Positions 11,801-21,641 of a stretch of 64,000 nucleotides of DNA are shown piece by piece. This DNA comes from Schizochytrium sp. TIO01 (Eukaryota > Protista > Bigyra: Labyrinthulomycetes): contig SMSO01000031.1 of assembly GCA_004764695.1 (NCBI GenBank), forward strand, positions 2,704,436-2,768,435, read 5' to 3'. A model generated the notes under the pieces. It was not told where the DNA came from, made no database searches, and saw only the letters and a program-made list of their open reading frames with translations. A program made the position numbers and the translations under genes. How positions within the stretch are numbered: the first letter of the stretch is position 1; each line of letters starts with the position of its first letter.

Positions 11801-12632
11801 TCATAGAACTCTCTCTATCTATCGTTAAAGTCTCTGTACCTACAAATTCGTGGTGAACGACGACGCAGAGACAACTACCAAGATCTCGAACCTCGCTACT
11901 TCTTGAAAGGTCCGAGTACGAAAAAGACACTTGCGAAATGAACTTTATTATAAACAAGACGAACTTGGTACGCCTACAAAAGGTCGTGGCCATGTTCTGA
12001 AAGGACAGAGTGATTTCACGAGTAGAAGCGATACCGCAACAGCACCAACTCATGCATGGTCTTTTTGTCATTTTAATATTTTTTTAAATCATAAAATGAC
12101 GACTTGCCTCGGTTATTTGCCGAGGCTTTCCCCCCCTTTTCTTCTTATTGGAATTTAAGTTATTTTTCTTCGTGTCCTGGTTCTTTCTTCGTTTGACCAG
12201 GCTCGGAGCCGGAGTGCAGCTAACCGAACATGCCATTTGTGCGTTGCTCGTCTCTCCCACCACCGAACAGAAATACCAGACCGGGGATGCAGATAGTAGG
12301 TAGAGATCTTCAAGCTTGCCCAAAGTGCTGGTTCTATTGAAGATCAATCAATCTTATTAGAATAGGAAGCAAGCACTAGTACCTAATAGTACCTACTAGT
12401 ACAGAGACCTTGTTAATCCTTAATAGGGCAAAGTGGCACGCGGTGACCTTGACCTTGCGAAGTGGAGCCTTCATCAGCAAACCTTGAAACTCAAGCTTTC
12501 TGTGTTCGGATAGCTGCCCCCCCCCCCCTTCCCTTACGGTGATTAAGTTGCAAAGATTGCAAGGGCTGGCTTGAGCCATCTACGATTATAGGTCGCACGC
12601 CTCGACGTCAATAGACTCGTTGAGGAAAGGAG

Positions 12633-14045
12633 ATGTCGCGAGCCAAAGAGTTTTTACAACATTCCAAGTCCGTGCTACGTCAGCGAGCCCACGATGTTTC
12701 TTTGCAAGAGGCCTCAGGTTCCCTTGGAGATCTAGGCACATTTTTGCCTCTTCTATTAAGTTTGGCAGCCTTTAAAGCAGTCTCTTTCGCTCCTGCGCTT
12801 TTCTGGGCTGGACTTTACAATATGCTAACTGGGTTTCTGTGGAACTCGCCAATGCCCGTGCAGCCAATGAAGACAATTACAGCAGTGGTAGTGGCGTCAG
12901 GTGACACGAGCATTCCAGGACTATCACCTGAAGAAACCATTGGCGCTGGTATCTCTGTAGCCGTTCTTGTTGTTATTCTTGGCGTTACAGGTCTTATCAA
13001 TGTAGTCAACTTTATCGTACCACTCCCGGTTGTTAGGGGCCTACAGCTGGGCCTCGGCCTCGGAATGATGAAGAGCGGTCTTACAATGATCACGAAGCTC
13101 ACTACAGCCTCTGAAGTGGACTGTGTTCTGCTTGCAGTCTTCTCAGCTCTAGGCGTTCTTGCAATGCATGCTTGGAATCTGGAAAATCGAGCTCCAACTG
13201 CCCTCATCCTCTCCATTATGGGGCTCATCATTGCAGCCGTAGAGGCCCGCCGATCAGACGGCACAGAAGTTGTCTTTCAGCCAGGCTGGCCTCCTTATAT
13301 TGCTGTGGAATCCCTTACATGGAGTGATGTTTGGAATGGATTTTTGAAGGCTGGTCTTGCCCAGCTCCCGCTCACAACTCTGAACAGTATTGTATCTGTA
13401 TGTGACTTGAACAACAAGAAACTTTTCCCTGACGATGCCACAAAATACATCTCTCTACGCTCTGTGGCCTCCAGTGTAGGCTTCATGAACCTCTCAGGCC
13501 TCTGGTTTGGTGCCATGCCCATGTGCCACGGCGCAGGTGGGCTTGCAGCTCAGCACAGTTTTGGAGCCCGTACTGGAGCAGCCATTATTATTCTCGGTAC
13601 AGTGAAAATGATTCTTGCTATTCTTCTTGACAACAGTGCAGAGACGCTTTTGACTTTCTTTCCTAAGTCTATTTTGGGTGTTTTGCTGATGTTTGCTGGC
13701 CTGACACTTAGCTTAGCTGGACTTGATCTGTCTGGCCTTCCAGTTATTGCCAATCAAAGGCCCCATGATCCCAAAATTATTCTACTGGCAACTGCGGTGG
13801 TCACTCTTACGCTGAAGACTGGCTGGGGATTTCTCGCTGGTATTATTGTGTCTGTCTTTCACCATGGATTCGACCATGTTATTGAGTTTGTTAAACAGCG
13901 CTGGGAAGCTCGTAAGCACCGGAACCACGCCCAATCAGTATCGCGAGCTGAATCTTCCTCGAATGATGTAACAACTACTTTACCTGTTGAAAGAGAAAAC
14001 CAAACAGCAGCTGTTCAAAGTGAAGATTCACTTTCTCGAGTCTAA
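12633..14045 (+). CDS. MOT1: Molybdate transporter, MOT1 family
   Basis: Family signatures GSLGDLGTFLPL, PMPVQPMK, QLPLTTLNS and GAMPMCHGAGGLAAQHSFGARTG; many TM segments. Confidence 0.92.
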   Translation: MSRAKEFLQHSKSVLRQRAHDVSLQEASGSLGDLGTFLPLLLSLAAFKAVSFAPALFWAGLYNMLTGFLWNSPMPVQPMKTITAVVVASGDTSIPGLSPEETIGAGISVAVLVVILGVTGLINVVNFIVPLPVVRGLQLGLGLGMMKSGLTMITKLTTASEVDCVLLAVFSALGVLAMHAWNLENRAPTALILSIMGLIIAAVEARRSDGTEVVFQPGWPPYIAVESLTWSDVWNGFLKAGLAQLPLTTLNSIVSVCDLNNKKLFPDDATKYISLRSVASSVGFMNLSGLWFGAMPMCHGAGGLAAQHSFGARTGAAIIILGTVKMILAILLDNSAETLLTFFPKSILGVLLMFAGLTLSLAGLDLSGLPVIANQRPHDPKIILLATAVVTLTLKTGWGFLAGIIVSVFHHGFDHVIEFVKQRWEARKHRNHAQSVSRAESSSNDVTTTLPVERENQTAAVQSEDSLSRV

Positions 14046-15311
14046 AGAGCATTGCACGCTTGAGCGTTGCGAACTTTTTAAATATCATGTAAAGCAATGA
14101 CTACTTCCTTGAAAAATTATTTTCAGTTTTTTAATTTTGAAACAGTCTCCAATCCATCTATACATAATGCTTTAAAGCATCTTCAAATCTCAGAATTTTA
14201 ACGTACACTTGCCACTGTTGATGGTACTTTCTGTTGGCTTCTTAGTTTTCAAGAAGAAGCTTAGTCAGCTCATCTTTAAGGTAAATCAGTCATTTGGATA
14301 GTGTGATAAAGCAAACTCTTCATGCTCTAGAGACTGGTTGTGCCTGCATGATTTCGTGGAAAGCAAACGCAATGAAGACTAGGTCAACATTTGATTGAAT
14401 ATTTTCTTTAATGGATGTAGTTTACTTTTGTTGTTGCTGCTGATTTGCTTTAACTATAGTGACTGAAGTCGATGCTTACAGCAGCTTTTTACTAGGTCAT
14501 AAAGTGATTATTTTTAAGTTAAGTTTTATGTATTTGAGACAGAACTTCTCGCACACTTTAAGATTGACCAGCCCTTTGAAATTAAAATATGTTAGTGTCC
14601 AGTCAAGAAACTCCAAGACGCATTCCTGATTGAAATACAAAATCGTTTACCCGCGCTCCCCACACATAAAAATCACAGTCTCTGGTATCAAGATCTTACA
14701 AGAGCTATTCCCTTTAATTTATAGCCTTTAACAAGTGTGTACTAGTCCCCGAAGACCATTGCGGGTCCCCTATGAATGCTGTAGAGTCCAATGTAGACAA
14801 GCGAGTGGACGCCGCGAAGGACGAGCCTGTACTAGTAAGTATCAGCTTCAAGAATTGGGCGTCACCTTCACGGTAACGTAGTACTACTGTTCACTGCAGC
14901 CTTTCGCACAGACTGCTTCACCAAAGCCTGTGCTTAGGTTTCATGTGTTTCTTTAATCACTTTACACCGCTATCCCATACTAGCATCCAATGTATGAATG
15001 CTTTGGCGAGACTTAGCATCATAATTGATTTCATTCTACAGTCCGCGCTAGTTGGTTTGAGATCTACCTAAAACTATAGAACTCATTAAGCTTGCTCGTC
15101 ATCCACTCTCAACCTTTTACATATAACAATACTGTCAATCACATTGAGCGCAATGTCCATAATAGCTTGTTAGTGATGTCTAATCATATTGGCGTTCAAT
15201 ACCCAGTTGAAAGTTTGGTCGATTTCTGGCAGCAGCAGACTCGAAGTACGTGGTGGCTTGCTCACGAGTAGTCGGATTAGGGGCTCTGTTGATTCAAATC
15301 CTCTAGACAAG

Positions 15312-15989
15312 ATGTCTCAGCGTAGAAGTTCTAACACGCCGCAGTCGCCGAGCTTGGTGCCGTCGCCGCGCGCAATTAACGAGATCCGAGGGTGGAATGA
15401 ACTCGATCTGTGCGAGGGCGGCTGCAAACGCAACGTGGACCCGACCGAAGAGGATGCTAACGCTGGGAATCTCCCCGTAGCTCCTCCGGCTTTCTGTCGT
15501 AATTCTAGCATTGATTCTACTGATGCCCCACGTTCTCGGCTCCGTTCGCACTCGAGCTTTACTCTCGAGAGTGTGGATGGTGGCAAAGACGTACGCATCG
15601 TTTCGCCCATGCGTGTGCATCGTGAGTCTGTAGTCCAGTCTGAATCCGAGCGCACAGTGCACATCGCATACAAGCAACTCCAAGTTTCCACGCACGCAGA
15701 AACCGGCCAAGTCTTCAAGACGTTTTTCACAACTTACGTGGTGCTTGATGCTGACACGTTCCAAGCTGATGGACAGCCCATTGAATCTGCTCAACGATCT
15801 GCTGAAGCAGCCCCGCGGCCGACCAGCTACACTTCTTATATGATTAGCCAAGCTGACGCGAGTGCTGAGGACCGGATTGTAACCAAGATGACCCAGTTTT
15901 ATACTGAGGATGACTCTCATACCAAGAAGGACCGCGTCATTGGAATTGGTGCTGAGGAGGAAGAGGAGAAAAAGACTGCGATCGCCTAG
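15312..15989 (+). CDS. Hypothetical protein (~225 aa) with a Ser/Arg-rich N-terminus
   Basis: ATG at 15312 in caagATG context; coding-like codon usage; probable 5'-UTR intron GTACGT...CTCTAG at 15246-15306. No domain recognised. Confidence 0.65.
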   Translation: MSQRRSSNTPQSPSLVPSPRAINEIRGWNELDLCEGGCKRNVDPTEEDANAGNLPVAPPAFCRNSSIDSTDAPRSRLRSHSSFTLESVDGGKDVRIVSPMRVHRESVVQSESERTVHIAYKQLQVSTHAETGQVFKTFFTTYVVLDADTFQADGQPIESAQRSAEAAPRPTSYTSYMISQADASAEDRIVTKMTQFYTEDDSHTKKDRVIGIGAEEEEEKKTAIA

Positions 15990-16670
15990 ATGTTGAATCA
16001 AGGTTATAGCAAACCTTGAGGTTAAAAAACCCTTGTAATGTCGCCTTGCAGCGCGGGGATGCTTGTCGCTCGCTCGCCAAGTTTGTTAATGTTCTTTGCT
16101 AAACTTTGCTTTGCTTAAAGCTGTCTTCTTTCACCCTTGTGCGACTATCTAGTAGACAAGGACTCGTGTGTGCGCTTGTCTACTAAGAAAAATAATAAGC
16201 TGTGGTACAGCCTGCCTTCACTTATGAATTCTTTGTTTGGGGAGACTAGTTAGTACCACAACCACGAGACTCATTCGCATTCGCGAGCGCTCCAATTTGT
16301 GGTAGTAAAATTTTATATAGATAACCTATGTTGTACTTTTATCACATGTGCTTGTGTCGCTTCTGCTATACCTAAATATATTGTTTTGTTTTTTCTAATG
16401 CTTAGTTGCTCATCTGTATGAACATGGCAGAGAGACTTGAGGCTTGCCACACGTATATTTTAAAGTGGCTCGCTTCTGAGTAATAGAGATATTGTTACCG
16501 CTTGAAAGGATGATGCGACGGACAAGTAGAACATGTAATGCCGATGTGTTTTGATATTGAAGTATGTTATTGTGCATAAGGGTTGGTGGTCGTAAAGGCA
16601 GTTGAATTTCTACTTTTGTCAAAACAGGTCAAATGGTGGACCCTGCCTGCATAACCTACAACGTTTCCGT

Positions 16671-17382
16671 TTAGGAGGCATTGAGCACCATGACGACACC
16701 CCATGCAACCTATTTATTCATGCGTTTGTTTGAAATTCCATTAGCAAGTGCCGGTGGATTTCCTCATGCATTAGTTAGTTTACTTATTCAGAAAATCGGC
16801 ACAATCATGAAAAAAAACACTCCAACAATCACCTCCCCCTTCCCTAATTATACAGTCTCCCAACGCAAGCCTTGCTAGATGTGTAGGGTCCTTGTAGAAC
16901 AGAGTCTACAAGCTATATATATATATATACATCCCTGCCTGGCCAGAGCTTCAGTATTCACAAAATATATCTCGGGAACTGTGTTTCGAACTTACCGCCC
17001 AAATCCAGCCAACGAAAGGAATGACGAGCTGGAGAATACCGATGATGATGTCGGGTACAGAGTTGGAGAGGAATCCTGCGATGATGACACCTACGCCGAA
17101 GAGAAAGCAGTTGAGAATGCCGAGCACGATCTGCAGGAGCTTTCCATTGACATGTGGCACATCCACATTCTTGGTCCGCGCCAGAACGTCACCTAGGACA
17201 CCCATGCTTGCGTCTTCGAACTGTTTGTTGAGTTCTTTCCGAAGCTTTTCAACTGTCCGCCGTGTCTCCGGGTCGAGCACAAAGCCAAACTGCTCCAAGC
17301 TGAGCTGCTGCTCCTGATGATGATGTCTCCGTCGCCTGTCGCGCCGCGACCAGAATCCGGGTTTGCTGGACTGCTGCCCCAC
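16671..17382 (-). CDS. Stum/SPEC3-like small membrane protein; exons 17382-16996 and 16709-16671
   Basis: LGILNCFLFGVGVIIAG...IIIGILQLVIPFVGWIWA joins VAWGVVMVLNAS* through a phase-0 intron GTAAGT...ATAG (16995-16710), completing the family GWIWxxxWG motif. Start codon uncertain (GTG 17382 or ATG near 17205). Confidence 0.75.
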
Positions 17383-18252
17383 CTTGGCGACGCTTTGAGA
17401 ATCCCTCTAAGTCCTATTCCTTTCCAGAGAATCAAAAGATAGTTAAGAAGAAGAAAAAATATCCTCGACAGTAAAACAGACGCAAATCAGAGGAACTTTT
17501 CCACTCACAGACACAGAGTAAGACAAACAGAGACGGTCAGTGAGACACAGATAACTAACCAACTAACTAGCTAACTGACTGACTGACTAGACAGTTAGAG
17601 GGAGCGTGACTGAGTGGAGTGAGCCAAACAAACAGATAGACGCTCTCAGAGAGGGAAAGCTTGCGCGAAAAAGAGAGAGAGATAGAGAGAGAGCCTGAGT
17701 ACGCGAATGAGTGAGTAGTCAATCGGTTGGTGAGCACGAGGGCGTGCTGCTTTTCACAAGAGACAGAGGACAAGAACTCGCCAGGGGCTGTTTTTATGAT
17801 CATAAAGAATGAAGAATAACGCAGGATCAGGGGGCGTGTTGGATGAATTTTATGAACTCTTTGTTTCAGGGTACTTTACTTCTCTCCTGAGCTTCTCTTT
17901 TCTTTCTCTCTCTTCACTTTCTTCTTTCTTCTTTCTTTCTTTCTTTCTTTCTTCCTTTCTTTCGAGGTGTTTATTTATTTTAAAGCCACGGATCCTTGCT
18001 CTCCTGCTCTAGCTAGAGAAGTACGGAATTCTCTCTCTATCGATAGATCGATCGATCGGCCGGCCGACTGACTGACAGACCAACCTGTTGAACAGACTGG
18101 CTAGCTGAACGGCTGATCTGTATCGAGCGAGCGATTGATCGATTGATCGATTGGCTGACTTCTGGTTTCTTATTTCTTCGATGCCTTCTTACTTTTACTA
18201 GCAGTGAGATAGTTGGCTATAACGAGGAGTTCTCCGCTTCGTTCTTTCTTTT

Positions 18253-18320
18253 AAGTTCTTTCTTAAGTTCTTTCTGAAGTTCTTTCTTAAGTTCTTTCTG
18301 AAGTTCTTTCTGAAGTTCTC
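18253..18320. repeat. 12-bp tandem minisatellite AAGTTCTTTCT(T/G), about 5-6 copies
   Basis: Directly visible tandem units with alternating T/G at the last position. Confidence 0.9.
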
Positions 18321-18879
18321 TGCTGTTAGTATTAGGTGTCACTTAGTTTCTTTCTCGCTGCTCTTTGGGATTCTTTGGGCCTTTCTTCCACCCTCTCCCG
18401 TCTCCTAGAGAGCCTCGCTCCGACTCCCGGTCCCTCGCACCGCCATCAAGCAGCAGCCGAGGCTCTGCCTGAGGCCTCCTTGCCTGCCCGCCTGCCCGCC
18501 TGCCCGCACCTCGAGAGTGGCGAGGGACTGGTTCGCCGATTGCTGTTTGTTTGTTTGTTTGACTGCCCTCTCAGACAGGCAAACTAAACTGCCTGACTGC
18601 CAGATCGAGTGGGGCACACGCAGAAGAACTAGCTCGCTCAAGGAGGGGGCTGCTTTGGGAGGGAGGTATCGACTCCCTAGCACCAGCGCGTGCTACTTCG
18701 CGCTGCTCTGCTTGGGCAAACTAGTAGCAGCAGCAGCATCCACTCGTTCACCCGCGCACTCACGCGCTCCTTCACTCGTTCGTTCATGCGCTGCAGACGT
18801 TCCCTTCGCTCGCACAAGGAGGCAGTTTAGCCTAGAAGGCCCCTAGGAGGCGCTACGGGGTGCACACCTTTGTGCACAA

Positions 18880-18902
18880 GATCGATCGATCGATCGATCG
18901 AT
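18880..18902. repeat. (GATC)n self-complementary microsatellite
   Basis: gatcgatcgatcgatcgatcgat; further GATC clusters at ~18040-18150. Confidence 0.9.
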
Positions 18903-21641
18903 ATATATAGAAGGAGACAGAGTACTTTAGTTCAATGGGTTCGAAGAAAGGAGGTATCGAACCCATTGAACTGAGAACTTGCGATGCTCAAAGCTTGGAT
19001 GAAGAAGACCTGATGAGCTGATGGCAGAGAGATCGATCTCTGTGCCTGCCTTCAGAGGGCTGGGCCGCTTGTTGGGGAAACGAGATGCGATGCGATGCAG
19101 TGACTTGCGTGGCTGGGTTTGGGAATTTGGAGGGGCGTGATGGGCGGGCTTCTTGAGACTCAAGTTGGGAGAAGAATCTCTTTGTATTTATCTATCTATT
19201 ATTCACGTCTACGTTTTGTTTGTTTGTTTGTTTGTTTATTGTTTATTGTTTGTTTATGGTGTTTAGGTATCTATCTCCAGGTATTGTGTTAGAGCTTTCA
19301 CCATTGTCTTCAACTTCATTCAACTTCATTCAACTTCAATCACCTAAAGTTTTTCTTTCTCTGTGCCGGGGGAAAGGCACTGAGTGTCTTCCTTGCTTTG
19401 AAGGTCCCTTCTTTCTACAGAACTCGATTTAGAGCTCGAAGATAAGAAAGAAGAAACAACCTTGAATCGCGGGAGTGAGCAGGCCCAACTTACTTGTGGC
19501 CAATTCACAGAGATCCAAGCTTCCACTGCCAAGCCCCAGGAGCCAGGAGCCAGGCACTGGGATAAGAAGAACAGGCAGGCTCCAATTGATTCATGCCTGT
19601 GTACCTATGTATGCGAGTGTGTGTGTGTGTGCATGTATGTATTACCTAGCTTTGAAAGCTCGCTTGCCCAAACAAACGATCGTGCGTGTAGGTAGTAGGA
19701 ACTACTTACCTATTAGCTAGTGCCTGACTTTTCTCTTTTGGAGGTGGACAGGTTGTTCATAAAAAAGAGGTTCACGGCGCCAAATGGAATAGTTTCCGTG
19801 CCACTGATACGCTGAGCTGCTGAGGAGAAGGAGCAGACGGACTGCAAGCACCACTCGATCAGGTTTACAGGCCTTGGGTTCCCGGACGTGGAGGCTCACC
19901 TGACAATCTTGAATTTTACCGGAAAGTAGCCATCAACAAGCTTCATGCAATGGAGGTGCTCTTGTTGCGGCATCGTTTCAGGATTACTTACTCAGTGATT
20001 ATGTAGCAACTAGGTACCCACCATCTCGAAGCGTGTGCAAAAACCAGCATGCGCGTCTTCGGCACTTGGACTCAAGAGGGGTTCATCATCTCGCCATGCT
20101 TCGTAGCGGCAGGTTTCGCAGCCGCGTTAGTCACTCGCTCCTGGTGATAGGTAGGTAGCTAGCCCAACCGATCAGCCCATGCAGCGGCTCGAGTTAACCA
20201 CACCACACTCACAACACGAGGTTCGTTTCGGCCTCGAAAGGGAGGCGCAACTGGTTTGCATACCTCACGACTGCAGTGAATCCTCATTTGCCTATCTATG
20301 AATTGATCATCATCGTTCCTCCTCGTTGAGTTGACATCCTCAAGATGGCTGATAAACTCGAGCTAGCTACCAAGGCAGCAAGTTCGCAAATTGCTTGAAT
20401 ACAGTGTACAGGAACTTGTGACTCAGGCAGTCTTGATCATGTAGCAAATTTGAGAGTCGCTGCTGCCATTGTACATAAAACGCCAGAAAAGCGGAAAATC
20501 GCCCCAATCTGCATGATTTTCACGGTCCGCTCCGGGGTTGGACAAGTCTGGCCCCAGCGTTCTCGGGGCCACTGGAAATTATACCTTCTGCTCCCAAGTC
20601 GCGCATAATGAATACTGCATATCCTCAAGTTGGGAAGGTCTTCAACAACAGATAATCTTTTTTTATTTTTTCGACTGGGTGCTTCTTAGCTTTTTAGTTT
20701 TTTTAGTTTTCTGTAGTAGAAAAGTGTCACGGGTACTACACTTAAAGCAACATTAGTTTCTGTTTTGTTTTAATTTTTTACTCTAGGTTCAAGGTCTTGC
20801 TGTTACTACGACTATAATGTGGATTGGTGACATCTTCCTAATCTGAAGCTCGCAGTTTCTTTGTCTCAAGATAGATAGTTATTTGAGCAACCATCCGAAA
20901 GAAATTTTTTGTTTTTAAATTAATATATATGATAGATATACTTTTTAATTAAAATATAGTGCTTGTGAGGCTATCTCTTTTTGTCCCAAACTTGAATACT
21001 GGTAGTACAGTACTACGCAAAATGCTACCTAAGATGCGCCATGACCTAGCCAAAAAGGAAAGGGACCTGCTCTGTAAGATTGACAAGAGGATTTACAGCT
21101 AATGTCTGTAGGCGGCGACTCAGGTTCCGAGATATCGTCAACTACTTCAAGTTCTGCAGAATTAATGCCAGGTGGCTCTGATTCGACATTTTCCCGGAAG
21201 AAGCCAAAACAGCTAAGTGATTCATTGGGTCTCATAGCTGTCGCGTGATCATGCTGTGCAGTGGTGTTAGGGCACCAAGCAAACATGATTTTGCGGATGA
21301 ACTCTTTTCTTAAACTTTTTTTTTTTTCTTTTTTAAAAATTAAAAATATTTTTTAAATAAAAATAACAATAGTGATAAAAGAAGTCCCACTGAAGCTGGC
21401 GAACGATGGTAGGAAATCAAAAATGATCATTTTATAGGTAATTACAGGATCAAATATTTCGTTGACAGTAGAAAAGGGTGGATAAATATACCATTGGTTC
21501 ATGTAAAAAATCGAAACGATTATCATACCGGCTGGTCATTGAAGCTGAGAAGAAATATAAGTGTTGAACACTGATTGTTGTGAATGACATGGTTCTCAAT
21601 TTTAACCGAGTTTTCTACAGTTCCAAATACGCCTAGAGATC

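Noticed and set aside
15303-16001. 232-aa antisense ORF
   Set aside because: Mirror of the + strand gene; no independent coding features.
18253-18320. Regular repeat array as a possible CRISPR
   Set aside because: 12-bp head-to-tail units without spacers, no cas genes, eukaryotic context.
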